DNA of 64,000 nt from Lepidodermella squamata (lineage: Eukaryota > Animalia > Gastrotricha), in the NCBI GenBank assembly GCA_047495785.1, contig JBLDXI010000018.1, positions 579,464 through 643,463 of the forward strand. The letters run 5' to 3'. The translations under genes were made by a program, and so were the position numbers. The first letter of the stretch is position 1. Every line of letters starts with the position of its first letter. The notes under the pieces are model-generated. The model ran no database searches and had not been told where the DNA came from. It was given only the letters and a program-made list of their open reading frames with translations. Below, piece after piece: positions 25,101 through 40,100 of this stretch.

Positions 25101-28100
25101 TCGTGCTCCACCGCGGTAAATCAGACATATTCTGGCATCATTCGATAGTGGCAGCATTGCCAAACACGTTTGCAGCCGATTGGCGCACATTTCGGATGAC
25201 CGATATTTCGCTGCCAGCCAAAACGGCTGATATCGCAGTTTTGGACCCTTGTGCGTATCACCACGATGCAGAATCGTGCTCCACCGCGGTAAATCAGACA
25301 TATTCTGGCATCATTCGATAGTGGCAGCATTGCCAAACACGTTTGCAGCCGATTGGCGCACATTTCGGATGACCGATATTTCGCTGCCAGCCAAAACGGC
25401 TGATATCGCAGTTTTGGACCCTTGTGCGTATCACCACGATGCAGAATCGTGCTCCACCGCGGTAAATCAGACATATTCTGGCATCATTCGATAGTGGCAG
25501 CATTGCCAAACACGTTTGCAGCCGATTGGCGCACATTTCGGATGACCGATATTTCGCTGCCAGCCAAAACGGCTGATATCGCAGTTTTGGACCCTTGTGC
25601 GTATCACCACGATGCAGAATCGTGCTCCACCGCGGTAAATCAGCCATATTCTGGCATCATTCGAGAGTGGCAGCGTTGCCAAACACGTTTGCAGCCGATT
25701 GGCGCACATATCGGATGACCGATATTTCGCTGCCAGCCAAAACGGCTGATATCGCAGTTTTGGACCCTTGTGCGTATCACCACGATGCAGAATCGTGCTC
25801 CACCGCGGTAAATCAGCCATATTCTGGCATCATTCGATAGTGGCAGCATTGCCAAACACGTTTGCAGCCGATTGGCGCACATTTCGGATGACCGATATTT
25901 CGCTGCCAGCCAAAACGGCTGATATCGCAGTTTTCGACCCTTGTGCGTATCACCACGATGCAGAATCGTGCTCCACCGCGGTAAATCAGCCATATTCTGG
26001 CATCATTCGAGAGTGGCAGCATTGCCAAACACGTTTGCAGCCGATTGGCGCACATATCGGATGACCGATATTTCGCTGCCAGCCAAAACGCCTGAAATCG
26101 CAGTTTTGGACCCTTGTGCGTATCACCACGATGCAGAAACGTGCTCCACCGCGGTAAATCAGCCATATTCTGGCATCATTCGATAGTGGCAGCATTGCCA
26201 AACACGTTTGCAGCCGATTGGCGCACATATCGGATGACCGATATTTCGCTGCCAGCCAAAACGGCTGAAATGGCCGTTTTAGACCATTGTGCGTATCACC
26301 ACGATGCAGAATCGTGCTCCACCGCGGTAAATCAGCCATATTCTGGCATCATTCGAGAGTGGCAGCGTTGCCAAACACGTTTGCAGCCGATTGGCGCACA
26401 TTTCGGATGACCGATATTTCGCTGCCAGCCCAAACGCCTGAAATCGCAGTTTTGGACCCTTGTGCGTATCACCACGATGCAGAATCGTGCTCCACCGCGG
26501 TAAATCAGACATATTCTGGCATCATTCGATAGTGGCAGCATTGCCAAACACGTTTGCAGCCGATTGGCGCACATTTCGGATGACCGATATTTCGCTGCCA
26601 GCCAAAACGGCTGATATCGCAGTTTTGGACCCTTGTGCGTATCACCACGATGCAGAATCGTGCTCCACCGCGGTAAATCAGACATATTCTGGCATCATTC
26701 GATAGTGGCAGCATTGCCAAACACGTTTGCAGCCGATTGGCGCACATTTCGGATGACCGATATTTCGCTGCCAGCCAAAACGGCTGATATCGCAGTTTTG
26801 GACCCTTGTGCGTATCACCACGATGCAGAATCGTGCTCCACCGCGGTAAATCAGCCATATTCTGGCATCATTCGAGAGTGGCAGCGTTGCCAAACACGTT
26901 TGCAGCCGATTGGCGCACATATCGGATGACCGATATTTCGCTGCCAGCCAAAACGGCTGATATCGCAGTTTTGGACCCTTGTGCGTATCACCACGATGCA
27001 GAATCGTGCTCCACCGCGGTAAATCAGCCATATTCTGGCATCATTCGATAGTGGCAGCATTGCCAAACACGTTTGCAGCCGATTGGCGCACATTTCGGAT
27101 GACCGATATTTCGCTGCCAGCCAAAACGGCTGATATCGCAGTTTTCGACCCTTGTGCGTATCACCACGATGCAGAATCGTGCTCCACCGCGGTAAATCAG
27201 CCATATTCTGGCATCATTCGAGAGTGGCAGCATTGCCAAACACGTTTGCAGCCGATTGGCGCACATATCGGATGACCGATATTTCGCTGCCAGCCAAAAC
27301 GCCTGAAATCGCAGTTTTGGACCCTTGTGCGTATCACCACGATGCAGAAACGTGCTCCACCGCGGTAAATCAGCCATATTCTGGCATCATTCGATAGTGG
27401 CAGCATTGCCAAACACGTTTGCAGCCGATTGGCGCACATATCGGATGACCGATATTTCGCTGCCAGCCAAAACGGCTGAAATGGCCGTTTTAGACCATTG
27501 TGCGTATCACCACGATGCAGAATCGTGCTCCACCGCGGTAAATCAGACATATTCTGGCATCATTCGATAGTGGCAGCATTGCCAAACACGTTTGCAGCCG
27601 ATTGGCGCACATTTCGGATGACCGATATTTCGCTGCCAGCCAAAACGGCTGAAATCGCAGTTTTGGACCATTGTGCGTATCACCATGATGCAGAATCGTG
27701 CTCCACCGCGGTAAATCAGCCATATTCTGGCATCATTCGAGAGTGGCAGCGTTGCCAAACACGTTTGCAGCCGATTGGCGCACATTTCGGATGACCGATA
27801 TTTCGCTGCCAGCCAAAACGGCTGATATCGCAGTTTTGGACCCTTGTGCGTGTCACCACGATGCAGAATCGTGCTCCACCGCGGTAAATCAGCCATATTC
27901 TGGCATCATTCGAGAGTGGCAGCATTGCCAAACACGTTTGCAGCCGATTGGCGCACATATCGGATGACCGATATTTCGCTGCCAGCCAAAACGGCTGATA
28001 TCGCAGTTTTGGACCCTTGTGCGTATCACCACGATGCAGAATCGTGCTCCACCGCGGTAAATCAGCCATATTCTGGCATCATTCGAGAGTGGCAGCGTTG

Positions 28101-31100
28101 CCAAACACGTTTGCAGCCGATTGGCGCACATTTCGGATGACCGATATTTCGCTGCCAGCCCAAACGCCTGAAATCGCAGTTTTGGACCCTTGTGCGTATC
28201 ACCACGATGCAGAATCGTGCTCCACCGCGGTAAATCAGACATATTCTGGCATCATTCGATAGTGGCAGCATTGCCAAACACGTTTGCAGCCGATTGGCGC
28301 ACATATCGGATGACCGATATTTCGCTGCCAGCAAAAACGGCTGAAATCGCAGTTTTCGACCCTTGTGCGTATCACCACGATGCAGAATCGTGCTCCACCG
28401 CGGTAAATCAGACATATTCTGGCATCATTCGATAGTGGCAGCATTGCCAAACACGTTTGCAGCCGATTGGCGCACATTTCGGATGACCGATATTTCGCTG
28501 CCAGCCAAAACGGCTGATATCGCAGTTTTGGACCCTTGTGCGTATCACCACGATGCAGAATCGTGCTCCACCGCGGTAAATCAGCCATATTCTGGCATCA
28601 TTCGAGAGTGGCAGCGTTGCCAAACACGTTTGCAGCCGATTGGCGCACATATCGGATGACCGATATTTCGCTGCCAGCCAAAACGGCTGATATCGCAGTT
28701 TTGGACCCTTGTGCGTATCACCACGATGCAGAATCGTGCTCCACCGCGGTAAATCAGCCATATTCTGGCATCATTCGATAGTGGCAGCATTGCCAAACAC
28801 GTTTGCAGCCGATTGGCGCACATTTCGGATGACCGATATTTCGCTGCCAGCCAAAACGGCTGATATCGCAGTTTTCGACCCTTGTGCGTATCACCACGAT
28901 GCAGAATCGTGCTCCACCGCGGTAAATCAGCCATATTCTGGCATCATTCGATAGTGGCAGCATTGCCAAACACGTTTGCAGCCGATTGGCGCACATATCG
29001 GATGACCGATATTTCGCTGCCAGCCAAAACGGCTGATATCGCAGTTTTGGACCCTTGTGCGTATCACCACGATGCAGAATCGTGCTCCACCGCGGTAAAT
29101 CAGCCATATTCTGGCATCATTCGAGAGTGGCAGCATTGCCAAACACGTTTGCAGCCGATTGGCGCACATATCGGATGACCGATATTTCGCTGCCAGCCAA
29201 AACGGCTGAAATCGCAGTTTTCGACCCTTGTGCGTATCACCACGATGCAGAATCGTGCTCCACCGCGGTAAATCAGCCATATTCTGGCATCATTCGATAG
29301 TGGCAGCATTGCCAAACACGTTTGCAGCCGATTGGCGCACATTTCGGATGACCGATATTTCGCTGCCAGCCAAAACGGCTGAAATCGCAGTTTTGGACCA
29401 TTGTGCGTATCACCATGATGCAGAATCGTGCTCCACCGCGGTAAATCAGCCATATTCTGGCATCATTCGAGAGTGGCAGCGTTGCCAAACACGTTTGCAG
29501 CCGATTGGCGCACATTTCGGATGACCGATATTTCGCTGCCAGCCAAAACGGCTGATATCGCAGTTTTCGACCCTTGTGCGTATCACCACGATGCAGAATC
29601 GTGCTCCACCGCGGTAAATCAGCCATATTCTGGCATCATTCGATAGTGGCAGCATTGCCAAACACGTTTGCAGCCGATTGGCGCACATATCGGATGACCG
29701 ATATTTCGCTGCCAGCCAAAACGGCTGATATCGCAGTTTTGGACCCTTGTGCGTATCACCACGATGCAGAATCGTGCTCCACCGCGGTAAATCAGCCATA
29801 TTCTGGCATCATTCGAGAGTGGCAGCATTGCCAAACACGTTTGCAGCCGATTGGCGCACATATCGGATGACCGATATTTCGCTGCCAGCCAAAACGGCTG
29901 AAATCGCAGTTTTGGACCATTGTGCGTATCACCATGATGCAGAATCGTGCTCCACCGCGGTAAATCAGCCATATTCTGGCATCATTCGAGAGTGGCAGCG
30001 TTGCCAAACACGTTTGCAGCCGATTGGCGCACATTTCGGATGACCGATATTTCGCTGCCAGCCAAAACGGCTGATATCGCAGTTTTGGACCCTTGTGCGT
30101 ATCACCACGATGCAGAATCGTGCTCCACCGCGGTAAATCAGCCATATTCTGGCATCATTCGATAGTGGCAGCATTGCCAAACACGTTTGCAGCCGATTGG
30201 CGCACATTTCGGATGACCGATATTTCGCTGCCAGCCAAAACGGCTGATATCGCAGTTTTCGACCCTTGTGCGTATCACCACGATGCAGAATCGTGCTCCA
30301 CCGCGGTAAATCAGCCATATTCTGGCATCATTCGATAGTGGCAGCATTGCCAAACACGTTTGCAGCCGATTGGCGCACATATCGGATGACCGATATTTCG
30401 CTGCCAGCCAAAACGGCTGATATCGCAGTTTTGGACCCTTGTGCGTATCACCACGATGCAGAATCGTGCTCCACCGCGGTAAATCAGCCATATTCTGGCA
30501 TCATTCGAGAGTGGCAGCATTGCCAAACACGTTTGCAGCCGATTGGCGCACATATCGGATGACCGATATTTCGCTGCCAGCCAAAACGGCTGAAATCGCA
30601 GTTTTCGACCCTTGTGCGTATCACCACGATGCAGAATCGTGCTCCACCGCGGTAAATCAGACATATTCTGGCATCATTCGATAGTGGCAGCATTGCCAAA
30701 CACGTTTGCAGCCGATTGGCGCACATTTCGGATGACCGATATTTCGCTGCCAGCCAAAACGGCTGATATCGCAGTTTTGGACCCTTGTGCGTATCACCAC
30801 GATGCAGAATCGTGCTCCACCGCGGTAAATCAGCCATATTCTGGCATCATTCGATAGTGGCAGCATTGCCAAACACGTTTGCAGCCGATTGGCGCACATA
30901 TCGGATGACCGATATTTCGCTGCCAGCCAAAACGGCTGATATCGCAGTTTCGGACCCTTGTGCGTATCACCACGATGCAGAATCGTGCTCCACCGCGGTA
31001 AATCAGACATATTCTGGCATCATTCGATAGTGGCAGCATTGCCAAACACGTTTGCAGCCGATTGGCGCACATTTCGGATGACCGATATTTCGCTGCCAGC

Positions 31101-34100
31101 CAAAACGGCTGATATCGCAGTTTTGGACCCTTGTGCGTATCACCACGATGCAGAATCGTGCTCCACCGCGGTAAATCAGCCATATTCTGGCATCATTCGA
31201 GAGTGGCAGCGTTGCCAAACACGTTTGCAGCCGATTGGCGCACATTTCGGATGACCGATATTTCGCTGCCAGCCAAAACGGCTGATATCGCAGTTTTGGA
31301 CCCTTGTGCGTATCACCACGATGCAGAATCGTGCTCCACCGCGGTAAATCAGCCATATTCTGGCATCATTCGATAGTGGCAGCATTGCCAAACACGTTTG
31401 CAGCCGATTGGCGCACATATCGGATGACCGATATTTCGCTGCCAGCCAAAACGGCTGATATCGCAGTTTCGGACCCTTGTGCGTATCACCACGATGCAGA
31501 ATCGTGCTCCACCGCGGTAAATCAGCCATATTCTGGCATCATTCGATAGTGGCAGCATTGCCAAACACGTTTGCAGCCGATTGGCGCACATATCGGATGA
31601 CCGATATTTCGCTGCCAGCCAAAACGGCTGATATCGCAGTTTTGGACCCTTGTGCGTATCACCACGATGCAGAATCGTGCTCCACCGCGGTAAATCAGCC
31701 ATATTCTGGCATCATTCGAAAGTGGCAGCGTTGCCAAACACGTTTGCAGCCGATTGGCGCACATTTCGGATGACCGATATTTCGCTGCCAGCCAAAACGG
31801 CTGATATCGCAGTTTTGGACCCTTGTGCGTATCACCACGATGCAGAATCGTGCTCCACCGCGGTAAATCAGCCATATTCTGGCATCATTCGATAGTGGCA
31901 GCATTGCCAAACACGTTTGCAGCCGATTGGCGCACATTTCGGATGACCGATATTTCGCTGCCAGCCAAAACGGCTGAAATCGCAGTTTTGGACCATTGTG
32001 CGTATCACCATGATGCAGAATCGTGCTCCACCGCGGTAAATCAGCCATATTCTGGCATCATTCGAGAGTGGCAGCGTTGCCAAACACGTTTGCAGCCGAT
32101 TGGCGCACATTTCGGATGACCGATATTTCGCTGCCAGCCAAAACGGCTGATATCGCAGTTTTCGACCCTTGTGCGTATCACCACGATGCAGAATCGTGCT
32201 CCACCGCGGTAAATCAGCCATATTCTGGCATCATTCGATAGTGGCAGCATTGCCAAACACGTTTGCAGCCGATTGGCGCACATATCGGATGACCGATATT
32301 TCGCTGCCAGCCAAAACGGCTGATATCGCAGTTTTGGACCCTTGTGCGTATCACCACGATGCAGAATCGTGCTCCACCGCGGTAAATCAGCCATATTCTG
32401 GCATCATTCGAGAGTGGCAGCATTGCCAAACACGTTTGCAGCCGATTGGCGCACATATCGGATGACCGATATTTCGCTGCCAGCCAAAACGGCTGAAATC
32501 GCAGTTTTGGACCATTGTGCGTATCACCATGATGCAGAATCGTGCTCCACCGCGGTAAATCAGCCATATTCTGGCATCATTCGAGAGTGGCAGCGTTGCC
32601 AAACACGTTTGCAGCCGATTGGCGCACATTTCGGATGACCGATATTTCGCTGCCAGCCAAAACGGCTGATATCGCAGTTTTGGACCCTTGTGCGTATCAC
32701 CACGATGCAGAATCGTGCTCCACCGCGGTAAATCAGCCATATTCTGGCATCATTCGATAGTGGCAGCATTGCCAAACACGTTTGCAGCCGATTGGCGCAC
32801 ATTTCGGATGACCGATATTTCGCTGCCAGCCAAAACGGCTGATATCGCAGTTTTCGACCCTTGTGCGTATCACCACGATGCAGAATCGTGCTCCACCGCG
32901 GTAAATCAGCCATATTCTGGCATCATTCGATAGTGGCAGCATTGCCAAACACGTTTGCAGCCGATTGGCGCACATATCGGATGACCGATATTTCGCTGCC
33001 AGCCAAAACGGCTGATATCGCAGTTTTGGACCCTTGTGCGTATCACCACGATGCAGAATCGTGCTCCACCGCGGTAAATCAGCCATATTCTGGCATCATT
33101 CGAGAGTGGCAGCATTGCCAAACACGTTTGCAGCCGATTGGCGCACATATCGGATGACCGATATTTCGCTGCCAGCCAAAACGGCTGAAATCGCAGTTTT
33201 CGACCCTTGTGCGTATCACCACGATGCAGAATCGTGCTCCACCGCGGTAAATCAGACATATTCTGGCATCATTCGATAGTGGCAGCATTGCCAAACACGT
33301 TTGCAGCCGATTGGCGCACATTTCGGATGACCGATATTTCGCTGCCAGCCAAAACGGCTGATATCGCAGTTTTGGACCCTTGTGCGTATCACCACGATGC
33401 AGAATCGTGCTCCACCGCGGTAAATCAGCCATATTCTGGCATCATTCGATAGTGGCAGCATTGCCAAACACGTTTGCAGCCGATTGGCGCACATATCGGA
33501 TGACCGATATTTCGCTGCCAGCCAAAACGGCTGATATCGCAGTTTCGGACCCTTGTGCGTATCACCACGATGCAGAATCGTGCTCCACCGCGGTAAATCA
33601 GACATATTCTGGCATCATTCGATAGTGGCAGCATTGCCAAACACGTTTGCAGCCGATTGGCGCACATTTCGGATGACCGATATTTCGCTGCCAGCCAAAA
33701 CGGCTGATATCGCAGTTTTGGACCCTTGTGCGTATCACCACGATGCAGAATCGTGCTCCACCGCGGTAAATCAGCCATATTCTGGCATCATTCGAGAGTG
33801 GCAGCGTTGCCAAACACGTTTGCAGCCGATTGGCGCACATTTCGGATGACCGATATTTCGCTGCCAGCCAAAACGGCTGATATCGCAGTTTTGGACCCTT
33901 GTGCGTATCACCACGATGCAGAATCGTGCTCCACCGCGGTAAATCAGCCATATTCTGGCATCATTCGATAGTGGCAGCATTGCCAAACACGTTTGCAGCC
34001 GATTGGCGCACATATCGGATGACCGATATTTCGCTGCCAGCCAAAACGGCTGATATCGCAGTTTCGGACCCTTGTGCGTATCACCACGATGCAGAATCGT

Positions 34101-37100
34101 GCTCCACCGCGGTAAATCAGCCATATTCTGGCATCATTCGATAGTGGCAGCATTGCCAAACACGTTTGCAGCCGATTGGCGCACATATCGGATGACCGAT
34201 ATTTCGCTGCCAGCCAAAACGGCTGATATCGCAGTTTTGGACCCTTGTGCGTATCACCACGATGCAGAATCGTGCTCCACCGCGGTAAATCAGCCATATT
34301 CTGGCATCATTCGAAAGTGGCAGCGTTGCCAAACACGTTTGCAGCCGATTGGCGCACATTTCGGATGACCGATATTTCGCTGCCAGCCAAAACGGCTGAT
34401 ATCGCAGTTTTGGACCCTTGTGCGTATCACCACGATGCAGAATCGTGCTCCACCGCGGTAAATCAGACATACTCTGGCATCATTCGATAGTGGCAGCATT
34501 GCCAAACACGTTTGCAGCCGATTGGCGCACATTTCGGATGACCGATATTTCGCTGCCAGCCAAAACGGCTGAAATCGCAGTTTTGGACCCTTGTGCGTAG
34601 CACCACGATGCAGAATCGTGCTCCACCGCGGTAAGTCAGCCATATTCTGGCATCATTCGAGAGTGGCAGCATTGCCAAACACGTTTGCAGCCGATTGGCG
34701 CACATATCGGATGACCGATATTTCGCTGCCAGCCAAAACGGCTGAAATCGCAGTTTTCGACCCTTGTGCGTATCACCACGATGCAGAATCGTGCTCCACC
34801 GCGGTAAATCAGCCATATTCTGGCATCATTCGATAGTGGCAGCATTGCCAAACACGTTTGCAGCCGATTGGCGCACATTTCGGATGACCGATATTTCGCT
34901 GCCAGCCAAAACGGCTGATATCGCAGTTTTGGACCCTTGTGCGTATCACCACGATGCAGAATCGTGCTCCACCGCGGTAAATCAGCCATATTCTGGCATC
35001 ATTCGATAGTGGCAGCATTGCCAAACACGTTTGCAGCCGATTGGCGCACATTTCGGATGACCGATATTTCGCTGCCAGCCAAAACGGCTGAAATCGCAGT
35101 TTTGGACCATTGTGCGTATCACCATGATGCAGAATCGTGCTCCACCGCGGTAAATCAGCCATATTCTGGCATCATTCGAGAGTGGCAGCGTTGCCAAACA
35201 CGTTTGCAGCCGATTGGCGCACATTTCGGATGACCGATATTTCGCTGCCAGCCAAAACGGCTGATATCGCAGTTTTGGACCCTTGTGCGTATCACCACGA
35301 TGCAGAATCGTGCTCCACCGCGGTAAATCAGACATACTCTGGCATCATTCGATAGTGGCAGCATTGCCAAACACGTTTGCAGCCGATTGGCGCACATTTC
35401 GGATGACCGATATTTCGCTGCCAGCCAAAACGGCTGAAATCGCAGTTTTGGACCCTTGTGCGTAGCACCACGATGCAGAATCGTGCTCCACCGCGGTAAG
35501 TCAGCCATATTCTGGCATCATTCGAGAGTGGCAGCATTGCCAAACACGTTTGCAGCCGATTGGCGCACATATCGGATGACCGATATTTCGCTGCCAGCCA
35601 AAACGGCTGAAATCGCAGTTTTCGACCCTTGTGCGTATCACCACGATGCAGAATCGTGCTCCACCGCGGTAAATCAGCCATATTCTGGCATCATTCGATA
35701 GTGGCAGCATTGCCAAACACGTTTGCATCCGATTGGCGCAGATTTCGGATGACCGATATTTCGCTGCCAGCCAAAACGGCTGAAATCGCAGTTTTGGACC
35801 CTTGTGCGTATCACCACGATGCAGAATCGTGCTCCACCGCGGTAAATCAGCCATATTCTGGCATCATTCGAGAGTGGCAGCATTGCCAAACACGTTTGCA
35901 GCCGATTGGCGCACATATCGGATGACCGATATTTCGCTGCCAGCCAAAACGGCTGAAATCGCAGTTTTCGACCCTTGTGCGTATCACCACGATGCAGAAT
36001 CGTGCTCCACCGCGGTAAATCAGCCATATTCTGGCATCATTCGATAGTGGCAGCATTGCCAAACACGTTTGCAGCCGATTGGCGCACATTTCGGATGACC
36101 GATATTTCGCTGCCAGCCAAAACGGCTGAAATCGCAGTTTTCGACCCTTGTGCGTATCACCACGATGCAGAATCGTGCTCCACCGCGGTAAATCAGACAT
36201 ATTCTGGCATCATTCGAGAGTGGCAGCGTTGCCAAACACGTTTGCAGCCGATTGGCGCACATATCGGATGACCGATATTTCGCTGCCAGCCAAAACGGCT
36301 GATATCGCAGTTTTGGACCCTTGTGCGTATCACCACGATGCAGAATCGTGCTCCACCGCGGTAAATCAGCCATATTCTGGCATCATTCGATAGTGGCAGC
36401 ATTGCCAAACACGTTTGCAGCCGATTGGCGCACATTTCGGATGACCGATATTTCGCTGCCAGCCAAAACGGCTGATATCGCAGTTTTCGACCCTTGTGCG
36501 TATCACCACGATGCAGAATCGTGCTCCACCGCGGTAAATCAGCCATATTCTGGCATCATTCGAGAGTGGCAGCATTGCCAAACACGTTTGCAGCCGATTG
36601 GCGCACATATCGGATGACCGATATTTCGCTGCCAGCCAAAACGGCTGAAATCGCAGTTTTCGACCCTTGTGCGTATCACCACGATGCAGAATCGTGCTCC
36701 ACCGCGGTAAATCAGCCATATTCTGGCATCATTCGAGAGTGGCAGCATTGCCAAACACGTTTGCAGCCGATTGGCGCACATTTCGGATGACCGATATTTC
36801 GCTGCCAGCCAAAACGGCTGATATCGCAGTTTTCGACCCTTGTGCGTATCACCACGATGCAGAATCGTGCTCCACCGCGGTAAATCAGCCATATTCTGGC
36901 ATCATTCGATAGTGGCAGCATTGCCAAACACGTTTGCAGCCGATTGGCGCACATATCGGATGACCGATATTTCGCTGCCAGCCAAAACGGCTGATATCGC
37001 AGTTTTGGACCCTTGTGCGTATCACCACGATGCAGAATCGTGCTCCACCGCGGTAAATCAGCCATATTCTGGCATCATTCGATAGTGGCAGCATTGCTAA

Positions 37101-40100
37101 ACACGTTTGCAGCCGATTGGCGCACATTTCGGATGACCGATATTTCGCTGCCAGCCAAAACGGCTGAAATCGCAGTTTTCGACCCTTGTGCGTATCACCA
37201 CGATGCAGAATCGTGCTCCACCGCGGTAAATCAGCCATATTCTGGCATCATTCGAGAGTGGCAGCGTTGCCAAACACGTTTGCAGCCGATTGGCGCACAT
37301 ATCGGATGACCGATATTTCGCTGCCAGCCAAAACGCCTGAAATCGCAGTTTTGGACCCTTGTGCGTATCACCATGATGCAGAATCGTGCTCCACCGCGGT
37401 AAATCAGCCATATTCTGGCATCATTCGATAGTGGCAGCATTGCCAAACACGTTTGCAGCCGATTGGCGCACATATCGGATGACCGATATTTCGCTGCCAG
37501 CCAAAACGGCTGAAATGGCCGTTTTAGACCATTGTGCGTATCACCACGATGCAGAATCGTGCTCCACCGCGGTAAATCAGACATATTCTGGCATCATTCG
37601 ATAGTGGCAGCATTGCCAAACACGTTTGCAGCCGATTGGCGCACATATCGGATGACCGATATTTCGCTGCCAGCCAAAACGGCTGAAATCGCCGTTTTAG
37701 ACCATTGTGCGTATCACCACGATGCAGAATCGTGCTCCACCGCGGTAAATCAGCCATATTCTGGCATCATTCGAGAGTGGCAGCATTGCCAAACACGTTT
37801 GCAGCCGATTGGCGCACATATCGGATGACCGATATTTCGCTGCCAGCCAAAACGGCTGAAATCGCAGTTTTCGACCCTTGTGCGTATCACCACGATGCAG
37901 AATCGTGCTCCACCGCGGTAAATCAGCCATATTCTGGCATCATTCGAGAGTGGCAGCATTGCCAAACACGTTTGCAGCCGATTGGCGCACATATCGGATG
38001 ACCGATATTTCGCTGCCAGCCAAAACGCCTGAAATCGCAGTTTTGGACCCTTGTGCGTATCACCACGATGCAGAAACGTGCTCCACCGCGGTAAATCAGC
38101 CATATTCTGGCATCATTCGATAGTGGCAGCATTGCCAAACACGTTTGCAGCCGATTGGCGCACATATCGGATGACCGATATTTCGCTGCCAGCCAAAACG
38201 GCTGAAATGGCCGTTTTAGACCATTGTGCGTATCACCACGATGCAGAATCGTGCTCCACCGCGGTAAATCAGACATATTCTGGCATCATTCGATAGTGGC
38301 AGCATTGCCAAACACGTTTGCAGCCGATTGGCGCACATTTCGGATGACCGATATTTCGCTGCCAGCCAAAACGGCTGAAATCGCAGTTTTGGACCATTGT
38401 GCGTATCACCATGATGCAGAATCGTGCTCCACCGCGGTAAATCAGCCATATTCTGGCATCATTCGAGAGTGGCAGCGTTGCCAAACACGTTTGCAGCCGA
38501 TTGGCGCACATTTCGGATGACCGATATTTCGCTGCCAGCCAAAACGGCTGATATCGCAGTTTTGGACCCTTGTGCGTGTCACCACGATGCAGAATCGTGC
38601 TCCACCGCGGTAAATCAGCCATATTCTGGCATCATTCGAGAGTGGCAGCATTGCCAAACACGTTTGCAGCCGATTGGCGCACATATCGGATGACCGATAT
38701 TTCGCTGCCAGCCAAAACGGCTGATATCGCAGTTTTGGACCCTTGTGCGTATCACCACGATGCAGAATCGTGCTCCACCGCGGTAAATCAGCCATATTCT
38801 GGCATCATTCGAGAGTGGCAGCGTTGCCAAACACGTTTGCAGCCGATTGGCGCACATTTCGGATGACCGATATTTCGCTGCCAGCCCAAACGCCTGAAAT
38901 CGCAGTTTTGGACCCTTGTGCGTATCACCACGATGCAGAATCGTGCTCCACCGCGGTAAATCAGACATATTCTGGCATCATTCGATAGTGGCAGCATTGC
39001 CAAACACGTTTGCAGCCGATTGGCGCACATTTCGGATGACCGATATTTCGCTGCCAGCCAAAACGGCTGATATCGCAGTTTTGGACCCTTGTGCGTATCA
39101 CCACGATGCAGAATCGTGCTCCACCGCGGTAAATCAGACATATTCTGGCATCATTCGATAGTGGCAGCATTGCCAAACACGTTTGCAGCCGATTGGCGCA
39201 CATTTCGGATGACCGATATTTCGCTGCCAGCCAAAACGGCTGATATCGCAGTTTTGGACCCTTGTGCGTATCACCACGATGCAGAATCGTGCTCCACCGC
39301 GGTAAATCAGCCATATTCTGGCATCATTCGAGAGTGGCAGCGTTGCCAAACACGTTTGCAGCCGATTGGCGCACATATCGGATGACCGATATTTCGCTGC
39401 CAGCCAAAACGGCTGATATCGCAGTTTTGGACCCTTGTGCGTATCACCACGATGCAGAATCGTGCTCCACCGCGGTAAATCAGCCATATTCTGGCATCAT
39501 TCGATAGTGGCAGCATTGCCAAACACGTTTGCAGCCGATTGGCGCACATTTCGGATGACCGATATTTCGCTGCCAGCCAAAACGGCTGATATCGCAGTTT
39601 TCGACCCTTGTGCGTATCACCACGATGCAGAATCGTGCTCCACCGCGGTAAATCAGCCATATTCTGGCATCATTCGAGAGTGGCAGCATTGCCAAACACG
39701 TTTGCAGCCGATTGGCGCACATATCGGATGACCGATATTTCGCTGCCAGCCAAAACGCCTGAAATCGCAGTTTTGGACCCTTGTGCGTATCACCACGATG
39801 CAGAAACGTGCTCCACCGCGGTAAATCAGCCATATTCTGGCATCATTCGATAGTGGCAGCATTGCCAAACACGTTTGCAGCCGATTGGCGCACATTTCGG
39901 ATGACCGATATTTCGCTGCCAGCCAAAACGGCTGAAATCGCAGTTTTGGACCATTGTGCGTATCACCATGATGCAGAATCGTGCTCCACCGCGGTAAATC
40001 AGCCATATTCTGGCATCATTCGAGAGTGGCAGCGTTGCCAAACACGTTTGCAGCCGATTGGCGCACATTTCGGATGACCGATATTTCGCTGCCAGCCAAA

